From the NCBI GenBank assembly GCA_030596025.1, contig JAUVKW010000001.1:1603-65602 (forward strand): a DNA stretch of 64,000 bases. The letters are read 5' to 3'. This DNA is from Bacteroidota bacterium (lineage in GTDB: Bacteria; Bacteroidota; Bacteroidia; Bacteroidales; VadinHA17). The notes under the pieces are model-generated. The model was not told the origin of the DNA. It ran no database searches and saw only the letters and a program-made list of their open reading frames with translations. Position 1 is the first letter of the stretch. Each line of letters begins with the position of its first letter. A program made the position numbers and the translations under genes. This document shows, piece by piece, positions 48,111-56,882 of the stretch.

Positions 48111-50225
48111 CTATACAAAACTCATCTCCAGCCTTATATTCTGTCCTGGAACAAGAATGCTTCCAGGTACAATTGACTGAGAACGCACTTTTCCCCAGCC
48201 TTTTACTTTAACTTTTAATCCTGCATTTTCAAGCAAAAAAACTGCATCTTTTAAACCCATTTCCACAACATTGGGGACCATATTATCACGTACAATCAGA
48301 TTTTTAACAACAATGGCCGAATCAGTTGAGGCAGTAATTACCCACTCTCCTCCAGCTCCCATAATGCTTGTTTCATAATCTAATTGCTCAAAAACCTGAT
48401 CCAGGTCAGAAAGCTTCCCATTTTTTGAGTACGGAGCTGCAAAAACAGGTCTTTCTGCAAGATCCTCTTCAATCTGCAACTCCATTTTGCTGGCATAAAC
48501 TTTATCTGCAATTTCCTTGAATACCGGACCAGCAACTAAATTCCCATAATACACTGAGTTAGAGGGTGCATTTACCACAACAATGCAGGAGTACTTGGGT
48601 TTATCTGCAGGGAAGTACCCAACAAATGAAGCTTGATACTGAACTTTCCCCTTATAACCCATATTTTGATCAGCAATTTGAGCAGTTCCGGTTTTCCCTG
48701 CAATCTTATACAGATCATTGTTTAGATTCTTTGCAGTACCTTTTTCAACAACTCCTTCCAGCATTTTTTTTGCATCTTCAATAGTAGCTTCCGAGGCAAT
48801 TGAAGGATTAATTACCTTCGTTTTAATCTTCTTAATCAATTTCCCATGGTATCTTATTTCCTTAACAAATTTTGGACTTATCATTTTGCCATCATTAGCC
48901 ACCGCATTATAAAAAGCAAGGATTTGAATAGGAGTCATTCTCACTTCATAGCCATGTGACATCATTGGTAAAGAAATTCCAGACCACAATGGATCACCAG
49001 GATATTTGATTTCAGGAACACCTTCTCCCTTGATTTCGATTCCAAGTTTCTGGTTCAGCCCCATATTATAAAGCCGGTTAATAAATTCTTTTTCTTTTCC
49101 CTGATAGTTTTGCTGAATCAGCATGGATACACCAACATTTGATGAAAACATAAACACTTCTTCCACTGTAATTGTTCCATAGCCACCTTCGTGTGTATCC
49201 TTGATGATCTTGTCATAAAATCGTACCTGTCCGCTGCCGGTTTCAACAGAGTCCCCCAATTCAATCAAACCATCTTCAAGTGCTACCATCAGGGCAGGAA
49301 GCTTAAATGTTGAACCCGGCTCAGAGCTTTCTCCAATAGCATAATTGTAACTTTCATGATAGTTCCCATCATTACCTACCTGTAAATTGGCAATAGCGCG
49401 AATTTCACCTGTTTTCACCTCCATTAAAACTGCTGTACCGTGATGAGCATTGTGCCGTGTAAGTTGTTTCAAAAGTGCATGGTGTGCAACATCCTGAATA
49501 TTTATATCAATGGTGGTAATAATATCCTGACCATCTTTAGGATCAACCTCATTCTTATCATTTAAAGGCATCCATACATTTCCAGACAGTCTTTGCATCA
49601 TTCGCAGGCCAACAATTCCCCTAAGATTGTTTTCATAGGCACCTTCAATACCCACAACATTTCCGGAATTTCCTTTGGTTATATAGCCGATTGTCCTGGC
49701 TGCTAAATTTTTATGAGGCAAAACCCGTTTGTTATTCTGCACATAAATAAAACCTCCTTTATACCTCCCTTTACGAAAAATGGGAAATGTTTTAAGTTGA
49801 CTTAACTGAGCATAGCTTACATTTCGCTTAATCAAGTGATATCTCTCTCCCTTCCTCCGGGCCTTCATTAATTCTTTCTTGTATTCCGCACCTGATTTAT
49901 CTCCAAAAAGCCTGGACAGTCTCCTTGAAAGAGCATCTATATTCTCTTCAAAAACCTGATTTGACAGGGCATTACTTACCAAATCCATTCTTATCTCATA
50001 GATTGGCACTGATGTAGCAAGCAAGTTATAATCAGAATCGTAAATATTCCCTCTTTCGGGAAGGATGGTAAAATCCCTGTGCGTTTGTGTCTGAGCTCTG
50101 GCAGCCCATTTGTCTCCTTCAATCAGCTGTATATAAATAATTTTGCCTATGACACTCAAGCCAAGTATAAAAAACAAGGCATAAATGAGGCCAACACGCC
50201 AAACTATATCTTTCTTTAGAGACAT
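48111..50225 (-). CDS. ftsI: penicillin-binding protein (FtsI-type transpeptidase) with C-terminal PASTA-like domain
   Basis: 704-aa ORF with an N-terminal TM. Motifs STFK (EPGSTFKLPA), SSN and KTGTA. The last roughly 60 aa, MVPNVVEMGLKDAVFLLENAGLKVKVKGWGKV.., look like a PASTA domain. Confidence 0.85.
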   Translation of the reverse strand: MSLKKDIVWRVGLIYALFFILGLSVIGKIIYIQLIEGDKWAARAQTQTHRDFTILPERGNIYDSDYNLLATSVPIYEIRMDLVSNALSNQVFEENIDALSRRLSRLFGDKSGAEYKKELMKARRKGERYHLIKRNVSYAQLSQLKTFPIFRKGRYKGGFIYVQNNKRVLPHKNLAARTIGYITKGNSGNVVGIEGAYENNLRGIVGLRMMQRLSGNVWMPLNDKNEVDPKDGQDIITTIDINIQDVAHHALLKQLTRHNAHHGTAVLMEVKTGEIRAIANLQVGNDGNYHESYNYAIGESSEPGSTFKLPALMVALEDGLIELGDSVETGSGQVRFYDKIIKDTHEGGYGTITVEEVFMFSSNVGVSMLIQQNYQGKEKEFINRLYNMGLNQKLGIEIKGEGVPEIKYPGDPLWSGISLPMMSHGYEVRMTPIQILAFYNAVANDGKMISPKFVKEIRYHGKLIKKIKTKVINPSIASEATIEDAKKMLEGVVEKGTAKNLNNDLYKIAGKTGTAQIADQNMGYKGKVQYQASFVGYFPADKPKYSCIVVVNAPSNSVYYGNLVAGPVFKEIADKVYASKMELQIEEDLAERPVFAAPYSKNGKLSDLDQVFEQLDYETSIMGAGGEWVITASTDSAIVVKNLIVRDNMVPNVVEMGLKDAVFLLENAGLKVKVKGWGKVRSQSIVPGSILVPGQNIRLEMSFV

Positions 50226-50234
50226 TGTATTAAT

Positions 50235-50603
50235 CTATTCCTCAATTATTAATTTTTTAGGTGGCCGTACTGCTTCTTTTAAATCCATTCCCTTTTCTGA
50301 TATCAGCCTTGAAACCTCAGACTGCCTACTCACATCCATAAGTTCAGCTGCTATAGAAATTGACTTAGCTCGTAATTCCTTTATCTCATTCTGCAGACCA
50401 CTTTCTTCCCTTACAATTTTTTCAGCGTGGTATCTGTTTCCAATGTATACCAGGGCCAGAAAGGCTAAAAAAACCAAATAAGGCAATTGCCTGGCAACTA
50501 CATCACGGGTAAGAATACTTCCATCAAAAACCTCCTTCAGTATCCCTTTCTTTGATTCCTTTACTTCTTCAACCTGATCAATAAATTCAACTCTATCTTC
50601 CAT
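50235..50603 (-). CDS. ftsL: FtsL-like small bitopic cell division protein
   Basis: 122-aa ORF with a single TM (LPYLVFLAFLALVYIG) followed by a coiled-coil-like segment. Lies between rsmH and ftsI. Confidence 0.6.
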   Translation of the reverse strand: MEDRVEFIDQVEEVKESKKGILKEVFDGSILTRDVVARQLPYLVFLAFLALVYIGNRYHAEKIVREESGLQNEIKELRAKSISIAAELMDVSRQSEVSRLISEKGMDLKEAVRPPKKLIIEE

Positions 50604-50608
50604 GAAAT

Positions 50609-51511
50609 CTATATTCTGCGTTCTGCAATTCTCAATTTAGCACTTCGGGCCCGTGAATTATCAGTAATTTCAGATGCATCAGGTAAAATTACCTTTCGGT
50701 TTACCGCCTTAAAAGGAGTCTTTTGATTTCCGTAAAAATCAGTTTCCATGTTCTTTTCAAAATTTCCATACTTAACAAAGTTTTTTACCATTCTGTCCTC
50801 AAGAGAATGATAAGTAAGAACAACCAGTCGTCCTCCACCCCTGATAACATCTACCGTCTGTTCCAATAGAATTTGCAAACCACTCAGCTCCTTGTTTACC
50901 TCAATTCTTATAGCCTGAAAAACCTTTGCCAGGTACTTGTATTCATTATAATTGGGAGTACATTCCTTTATGGCATCAACAAAATCCTCTATTCTGTGTA
51001 AGGCTTTCAATTCCCTTTTTGCTACAATCAGACGACTTAAAGTCCTGGCATTTTTTATTTCACCATATGCTGAAAAAACTCTGGTCATTTCTTGTTCAGA
51101 ATACGAACCAATCAAATCAAGTGCTGAAAATTCAGCATCGGGATTCATTCTCATGTCCATCTCTCCAGTCATACGAAATGAAAAACCACGCTCAGCAGAA
51201 TCAAACTGGTGAGACGAAACTCCAAGATCTGCAATAAGCCCGTCCACTTTATCAATACCCAGGTATTTCAGGTTGTTCCAGAGATAACTAAAATTTTGTC
51301 TTACAAGCAAAAATCGATCATCATCAGGAATGTTTTTAGCTGCTTCCGGATCCTGATCAAATCCAACTAACCGCCCCCCTTTTAATCTCTTCAGGATTTC
51401 CCTGGCATGCCCACCACCACCAAAAGTTACATCAACATAAGTACCTGCCGGATCAATGTTCAATCCATCAACACTCTGTTTCAATAATACCGGTATATGA
51501 TAGTTGCTCAT
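50609..51511 (-). CDS. rsmH: 16S rRNA (cytosine1402-N4)-methyltransferase
   Basis: 300-aa ORF. Motifs YHIPVLL, GTYVDVTFGGGGHA, DLGVSSHQFD, SLEDRMVK. Confidence 0.9.
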   Translation of the reverse strand: MSNYHIPVLLKQSVDGLNIDPAGTYVDVTFGGGGHAREILKRLKGGRLVGFDQDPEAAKNIPDDDRFLLVRQNFSYLWNNLKYLGIDKVDGLIADLGVSSHQFDSAERGFSFRMTGEMDMRMNPDAEFSALDLIGSYSEQEMTRVFSAYGEIKNARTLSRLIVAKRELKALHRIEDFVDAIKECTPNYNEYKYLAKVFQAIRIEVNKELSGLQILLEQTVDVIRGGGRLVVLTYHSLEDRMVKNFVKYGNFEKNMETDFYGNQKTPFKAVNRKVILPDASEITDNSRARSAKLRIAERRI

Positions 51512-51969
51512 TCTTCAGGAAGAGGACCACCCATAATTTTTTCAGCCAGTCGCGCAAAATCTTCTTCTCCGGGAGCATGCTTTTCATAATCATCTTTCGC
51601 CCAAATCTCAATCTTAGAATCCTGTCCGGCAAGCACCACCTCCTTACCACCACCTAAAAGATCCAATAAACGCCTGGGAATAAGAACCCTGTTATTGTTG
51701 TCAAGAACCAATTCTGCAGTACCCCGATAAAAATTTCTTAAGAAAAGATTATGCTCTTTTTTATAAGGGTTAATCTTTGCCCTAATCAGGCTATTTTGAT
51801 TTTCCCATTCCTCAATTGGATAAAGAACAAGGCAACTTTCAAAAATATCTTTCTTCACAACAAAACGATCCTGTCCCTTTATTGGCAACTGCTTTAAAAA
51901 TGCAGAAGGAAGCAGAATCCTGCCTTTTGCATCAAGCTTACATGTATAATCTCCAACAAACGCACTCAT
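51508..51969 (-). CDS. mraZ: transcriptional regulator MraZ
   Basis: The track ORF extends to 52032, but the internal Met at 51969 gives the canonical N-terminus MSAFVGDYTCKLDAKGRILLP. A second half-site motif LDNNNRVLIPRRL is present. The extended N-terminus would cover the MraZ-box repeats. Confidence 0.9.
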   Translation of the reverse strand: MSAFVGDYTCKLDAKGRILLPSAFLKQLPIKGQDRFVVKKDIFESCLVLYPIEEWENQNSLIRAKINPYKKEHNLFLRNFYRGTAELVLDNNNRVLIPRRLLDLLGGGKEVVLAGQDSKIEIWAKDDYEKHAPGEEDFARLAEKIMGGPLPEE

Positions 51970-52007
51970 CTCCTGATCTTTTAGAAAAGTAAAAATATAG
52001 AAAAAAT

Positions 52008-52041
52008 CCCACTTCGAACCACTTTCACCCATTTTTTCCCA
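52008..52041 (-). promoter_or_regulatory. candidate MraZ operator: four (G)TGG(G/T) boxes with exact 10-nt spacing upstream of mraZ
   Basis: The minus strand reads aGTGGGAaaaaaTGGGTGaaaGTGGTTcgaaGTGGGAtttt. TGGG/TGGT cores sit at 52041-52038, 52031-52028, 52021-52018 and 52011-52008, and the last box lies about 39 nt before the ATG. Direct TGGG repeats with 10-bp phasing are the described MraZ binding sites in E. coli. Confidence 0.6.
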
Positions 52042-52206
52042 CTATGTTCATAACTTTTGAAGCAGATATAAACAGAATTCAAAAAAATGAGATGATTATT
52101 ATATTCCCTTTTTATTATAATTTCATGATAATTCTTTACATTTAAATACTTTTTTTACAGCTCCTCTTTGAACATAATCCGAGCTGCTTATGTAAGCTAC
52201 ATTGCT

Positions 52207-53013
52207 ATGGGTCAGATAGATATAGAAAGGGTGTTGAAAGACAAAAACCCCAGGCTATCCAAAATGCTTCCGGGTTTTCTTACTTCTTACCTGAAAAAAA
52301 TTATACATCAGGATGAACTCAATGAGATTCTTAACCAGTACGGGCATTTAAAGGGTCTTGAATTCGTTAAAGCCAGCCTGAGTTATATGAATATTTCATA
52401 CACGGTAAAAGGAGCAGAAAATATTCCTGAGAAAGGGAGGTTTCTTTTTGCTTCAAATCATCCTCTGGGAGGACTGGATGGGGTTGTATTTATAGATGCA
52501 GTTGGGAAAATATTTCCTGATATCAAATTCCCCGTTAATGACATGCTTTTGAATGTAAAAAGTTTTGAGGGCTTGTTTCTCCCTATTAACAAGCATGGAA
52601 AACAAGCAAGGGAATCTGTTCATTTAATTGAAGAAGCATATGCATCCAATGCCCAGATTTTATATTTTCCTGCCGGACTTTGCTCCAGAAAGCAAGGTGG
52701 TGAGATCAAAGATTTGGAATGGAAAAAGAATTTCTTAGTAAAGGCCATTAAGCATAAACGAGACATTATTCCCGTACATTTTAGCGGAAGAAACTCAAAT
52801 TTCTTTTACAGACTGGCCAACCTCAGGAAGTTTACAGGCATTAAAGCCAACTTTGAAATGCTCTATTTGCCAAATGAAATGTTCAGGCAAAAAGGGGAAA
52901 CCCTGGAAATTAGTTTTGGTCCTCCTATACTCCACAAGACCATTCTGGAATCAGATTTAACACCACAGGAATGGTCTGACAATCTAAGAGATTTGGTCCA
53001 TGATATGATCTGA
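52207..53013 (+). CDS. lysophospholipid acyltransferase-family protein, GlsA/OlsA-like O-acyltransferase
   Basis: The track ORF starts at a TTG at 52168; the ATG at 52207 (MGQIDIERVL..) is preferred. Acyltransferase motif FASNHPLGGLDG and ..YFPAGLCSR... Adjacent to a GlsB/OlsB-like gene. Confidence 0.6.
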   Translation: MGQIDIERVLKDKNPRLSKMLPGFLTSYLKKIIHQDELNEILNQYGHLKGLEFVKASLSYMNISYTVKGAENIPEKGRFLFASNHPLGGLDGVVFIDAVGKIFPDIKFPVNDMLLNVKSFEGLFLPINKHGKQARESVHLIEEAYASNAQILYFPAGLCSRKQGGEIKDLEWKKNFLVKAIKHKRDIIPVHFSGRNSNFFYRLANLRKFTGIKANFEMLYLPNEMFRQKGETLEISFGPPILHKTILESDLTPQEWSDNLRDLVHDMI

Positions 53014-53076
53014 AAACTATTAGATACATTTTTCTCTGATTTTATTCGTATTTTTGATAAAATAGATTTTCTGATT

Positions 53077-54024
53077 ATGCAAGAAATTATTCCTCCAATT
53101 CCAATCCATGAACTTGAGCAGGAGCTCTTATTAGCTCAATTTCTTAGAAAAACCAATTATGGAGGGAACGATGTATTTATTACTGATTATCATAGAACTC
53201 CTCAGATTGTAAAAGAAATTGGCAGGTTGCGAGAGCTAAGCTTTCGAAATGCCGGCGGTGGCACAGGAAAAGATTGCGATCTTGATGATTATGATACTGC
53301 TGAACAGCCCTATCAACAACTATTTGTCTGGAATCCTAAAGATAAAGAAATTACAGGGGGTTATCGATATTACATATTCGGTAAGGCACAAAATGATTTT
53401 GTCGATTTTTCAAAACTTGCAACCGCCAGGCTTTTTAGTTTTTCTGAAAAGTTTAAAAAGAATTATTTGCCCTATATAGTTGAATTGGGTAGATCTTTTG
53501 TGCCTCCCATGCTTCAAAAAACAGCTGGATCACGCAAGGGTGTTTTTGCACTTGATAATTTATGGGATGGTCTTGGAGCCCTGGTTATTAATAATCCCGG
53601 GATTCGGTATTTCTTTGGTAAAGTAACCATGTACACACACTTTAACCAGGAAGCCCGTAATATGATCTTATATTTCCTGCATAAGTATTTTGGAGATCAT
53701 GAAAATTTAATGGTTCCTTATGAGCCTTTGCAATTGAATATGGATAAAGAAAAATTAGATTCAATTTTCACTGGTAACAGTCCCCGGGAAGATTATAAAA
53801 TTCTCTCCTCACAGGTGCGAGCCTTAGGTGAAAATATTCCTCCTCTCATCAATGCATATGTGAACCTTTCTCCTACCTTGAAGACTTTTGGAACTGTAAT
53901 CAACAGGGGTTTTGGGAATGTTGAAGAAACAGGTATTATGATTACCATAAAAGACATGTATCTTTCAAAAATCAACAGGCATTTTTCTTCTTACTCAAAA
54001 GACTACGTGTTTCCCACCAGGTAA
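53077..54024 (+). CDS. GNAT-type N-acyl amino acid synthase, GlsB/OlsB-like (hemolysin-like)
   Basis: 315-aa ORF. ..LRELSFRNAGGGTGKDCDLDDYD.. and ..GRSFV.. patterns typical of the OlsB/GlsB Acetyltransf_5 family (from memory). Paired with an acyltransferase as in Bacteroides glsA/glsB. Confidence 0.6.
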   Translation: MQEIIPPIPIHELEQELLLAQFLRKTNYGGNDVFITDYHRTPQIVKEIGRLRELSFRNAGGGTGKDCDLDDYDTAEQPYQQLFVWNPKDKEITGGYRYYIFGKAQNDFVDFSKLATARLFSFSEKFKKNYLPYIVELGRSFVPPMLQKTAGSRKGVFALDNLWDGLGALVINNPGIRYFFGKVTMYTHFNQEARNMILYFLHKYFGDHENLMVPYEPLQLNMDKEKLDSIFTGNSPREDYKILSSQVRALGENIPPLINAYVNLSPTLKTFGTVINRGFGNVEETGIMITIKDMYLSKINRHFSSYSKDYVFPTR

Positions 54025-54345
54025 TTATCAAGCTTGCACTTGTTTTGTGATGATCCAAATTGCAATTTTTCAAAACCTTAATGTCTGATAATCAGAAATG
54101 TGTTTTTAGTATGTTCACATCGCACACAAAACAGGAAGAAAGTAAGTGTAAATTGATTTAAGAACAAGGAACACCGATTAACGATTTGAGAAGTAGATGA
54201 AAATCTGAAATCTGAAATCGTTAACTGAGCGAAGCGTTCTCACGAACTCAACTAAAATATAATATTTTGTGAGTAATCCTTGTTCGATATTCAAAATATT
54301 TCTTTTTAAAACTACCCCGAACTTTAGAGACTGGGCTAAAATACG

Positions 54346-54416
54346 TTCCTGTTTTCGCCATTTGGGTCACCTAGAGCAAAAAACTATACCATTTCGAAAA
54401 ATGGCGAAAACAGGAA
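54346..54416. other. perfect 18-bp inverted repeat (long hairpin) between convergent genes
   Basis: TTCCTGTTTTCGCCATTT (54346-54363) / AAATGGCGAAAACAGGAA (54399-54416), with a 35-nt loop. A second CCATTT at 54388-54393 can alternatively pair with AAATGG. Confidence 0.7.
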
Positions 54417-54477
54417 AACATAAAAAAAGGTGGAGGTTGAGCTTAGGGATCCCTACTTAAGTCTTTGAAATCAAGCA

Positions 54478-56379
54478 TTAATATGCCCGTTCATTTTTCC
54501 CTTCAATAAAATTAATAAAAGAAGTATTTACTACCTTATTCCCACCAGGAGTGGGATAATTGCCGGTAAAATACCAATCTCCACTACTTCCAGGGCAGGC
54601 TGCATGTAAATTTTCAACTGTTTGATAAACAACCACAATTTCTGCGTTTATATCACTGGTATGGAGCATACTGGCAATTTCAGCAGAAATTTCTTCATTA
54701 CTAAAAGGAGCATAAATGTCTTTCACATAGTTTTTTATTTTTTCCTTAGGAGACTTTTCTTGTGATTTTGATTTTTGATAAACCGTATTTATCAATGTTT
54801 CACGTCCTGTTTTTCTCAAAAGACTAATAACTGCTTTAAAAGCAATAAAATCAGATAGCTTGGCCATGTCAATCCCATAACAATCAGGATATCGTATTTG
54901 TGGAGAAGAAGAAACAATCACAATTTTTTTTGGTTCAAGTCTATCCAGGATTTTTATTATACTTTTCTTCAATGTGGTGCCCCTAACAATAGAGTCGTCA
55001 ATAATTACCAGATTATCTTTCCCTTTTTGAACAGTATCATAGGTAATATCATACACATGTTCTACCAGGTCATCCCTGCCAGCATCTTCAGCAATAAATG
55101 TTCTGAGCTTTACGTCTTTTACGGCAATTTTCTCAACTCTTGGTCGCATCCCAACAACTCTTTCCAGATCATCCCAATTCCCACTTGCTCTCATCTCCTG
55201 GATCTTATCAAGCTTTACTCCGCTCAGGTAATCCTCCATTCCTCTTACCATGCCATAGAATGCAGTTTCGGCTGTATTAGGGATAAAAGAGAAAACTGTA
55301 TTTCTCAAATCCTTATCCACCATATGAAGTATCTGTGGAGTTAACAGTCTGCCTAACTCTTTCCTTTCAATATAAATATCTTTATCACTGCCTCGGGAAA
55401 AATAAATACGCTCAAAGGAGCAGGCTCTTTTTTCCTGGGGCGGGCGTACTTCTTCAACACTAACATCTCCTGAGGCTTTTACTACAATTGCCTTTCCGTG
55501 AGGTAATTCTTTAACCTTATCATAAGAAGTATTCATGACTGTTTGAATTACCGGTCGTTCTGAGGCCACCACAGCAATTTCATCATCATAATAGTAAAAT
55601 GCCGGTCTTATACCCCATGGATCACGAACAACAAAAGCGTCGCCATGGCCAAGCAAGCCTCCAATTGCATAGCCCCCATCCCATTTATTACTCGCCCGGT
55701 TTAAAACTTTAGCAACGTCCAGGTTTGTTTCAATCAAAGGAGAAATATCTTTATTACTAAATCCTTTTCTTTTAAAATCCTCAAACAACTTTTGATTCTC
55801 CTCATCCAGGAAATGTCCAATATTCTCAAGAACAGTAACAGTATCGGAAAAGTCTTTCGGGTTTTGACCTATTTCTATTAATGCCTGGAACAATTCATCC
55901 ACATTGGTGAGATTGAAATTTCCTGCCAGAACAATGCTTCTTGACCTCCAGTTATTTTCACGTGTTACCGGATGTACATATTCTATGTTATTCATGCCAA
56001 AAGTACCATATCTCAAATGGCCAAGGTAAATCTCTCCGGCAAAAGGCAAATTTTCCTTAGCCCAATGCGGATCGTTCATCAAATCTGCATTTCCATTTGA
56101 CAGGGAATAAAATTCTTTGTTAATTTTTGCGAAAACTTCCTGAATCGGATTAGAAAAGTTTGACCTGTAATTGTGAATATATTTCACCCCCGGTGGTAAG
56201 TTTAACTTTAAACTGGCTGCACCTGCCCCGTCCTGGCCCCGGTTATGTTGCTTTTCCATTAGAAGGTAAAGCTTTTGTAAGCCATATCTCCAGGATCCGT
56301 ATTTTACCTTATAATATTCAAGGGGCTTTAAAAGTCTTACCAGGGCTATTCCACATTCATGTTTTATGGCATCACTCAC
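54478..56379 (-). CDS. purF: amidophosphoribosyltransferase (long Bacteroidota-type)
   Basis: 633-aa ORF. N-terminal propeptide then the Cys nucleophile (MSDAIKHE-CGIALV). PRPP-binding motif VIIDDSIVRGTT. Confidence 0.85.
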   Translation of the reverse strand: MSDAIKHECGIALVRLLKPLEYYKVKYGSWRYGLQKLYLLMEKQHNRGQDGAGAASLKLNLPPGVKYIHNYRSNFSNPIQEVFAKINKEFYSLSNGNADLMNDPHWAKENLPFAGEIYLGHLRYGTFGMNNIEYVHPVTRENNWRSRSIVLAGNFNLTNVDELFQALIEIGQNPKDFSDTVTVLENIGHFLDEENQKLFEDFKRKGFSNKDISPLIETNLDVAKVLNRASNKWDGGYAIGGLLGHGDAFVVRDPWGIRPAFYYYDDEIAVVASERPVIQTVMNTSYDKVKELPHGKAIVVKASGDVSVEEVRPPQEKRACSFERIYFSRGSDKDIYIERKELGRLLTPQILHMVDKDLRNTVFSFIPNTAETAFYGMVRGMEDYLSGVKLDKIQEMRASGNWDDLERVVGMRPRVEKIAVKDVKLRTFIAEDAGRDDLVEHVYDITYDTVQKGKDNLVIIDDSIVRGTTLKKSIIKILDRLEPKKIVIVSSSPQIRYPDCYGIDMAKLSDFIAFKAVISLLRKTGRETLINTVYQKSKSQEKSPKEKIKNYVKDIYAPFSNEEISAEIASMLHTSDINAEIVVVYQTVENLHAACPGSSGDWYFTGNYPTPGGNKVVNTSFINFIEGKNERAY

Positions 56380-56414
56380 AATTAGATATTATAGAATTAA
56401 ACTTCCACTCAAAA

Positions 56415-56879
56415 TCAATCAATTGCAGGAAGATAAATGGTTTCAATGGGTGTGATGTAAGCATCCGGAAATTGTCTTTTCAATTTTTTATACAAAATCT
56501 GGGCCTCTCTTTTGGTTCTGAAATCACCAACTCTGACCTTAAAAAATGGAGCCTGATAGTCTACATAGGCAGCAATTCCCTGATAGCTGGAAAGAAATTT
56601 TGCCTTAGCTTCATATGCATTCTCTCTGGCCATTCGTCCGGATTCAAAAAAAAGCTGAATCCTGTATCCATCCATTCCGTTTCTTCTGACATTCACATCC
56701 TTATATCTCTCTAATAAATCATTCAACCTCTCTTCCTGGTATAATTGAAGCTTACCTTCCTCTGGAATATATTCTCTTCCTGTAGAAAGTGTGTCATTTC
56801 TGGAATAATATCTTTCCTGGCCAAAAATCTGAAAAGATAAACCCAGAAATAAAAATAGAAAAAGAATATACCTGCTCAT
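56415..56879 (-). CDS. SPOR domain-containing protein
   Basis: 154-aa ORF with a signal peptide. C-terminal GYRIQLFFESGR...FFKVRVGDFRTKREAQILYKKLKRQFPDAYI fits the SPOR fold pattern. Confidence 0.7.
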   Translation of the reverse strand: MSRYILFLFLFLGLSFQIFGQERYYSRNDTLSTGREYIPEEGKLQLYQEERLNDLLERYKDVNVRRNGMDGYRIQLFFESGRMARENAYEAKAKFLSSYQGIAAYVDYQAPFFKVRVGDFRTKREAQILYKKLKRQFPDAYITPIETIYLPAID

Positions 56880-56882
56880 TGA

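Noticed and set aside
15831-52168. Extended N-termini or non-ATG starts given by the ORF track for several genes (16412, 19065, 23483, 27442, 52032, 52168)
   Set aside because: Internal Met codons give canonical N-termini or lipoprotein signals (MKQVYFLIVILLLGC, MKSFIHFLLLFLFISC, MIDTREF, MSLNLILDIGNS, MSAFVGDYTCK, MGQIDIERVL). The extensions overlap regulatory repeats or upstream genes.
54269-54460. 63-aa ORF in the glsB-like/purF intergenic region
   Set aside because: It has a non-ATG start and spans the perfect 18-bp inverted repeat. It is basic low-complexity sequence, better explained as hairpin DNA.
4179-56714. Antisense or out-of-frame ORFs nested in long genes. Examples: 4179..4361, 4523..4771, 8077..8271, 25214..25516, 26050..26355, 36159..36551, 37210..37539, 43487..43792, 50185..50481, 50926..51237, 54898..55344, 56160..56714.
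   Set aside because: Each lies entirely within a confidently identified gene on the other strand or in another frame. Their compositions are low-complexity or S/L/I/F-rich, as is typical of antisense AT-rich coding DNA, and none shows a recognisable motif.
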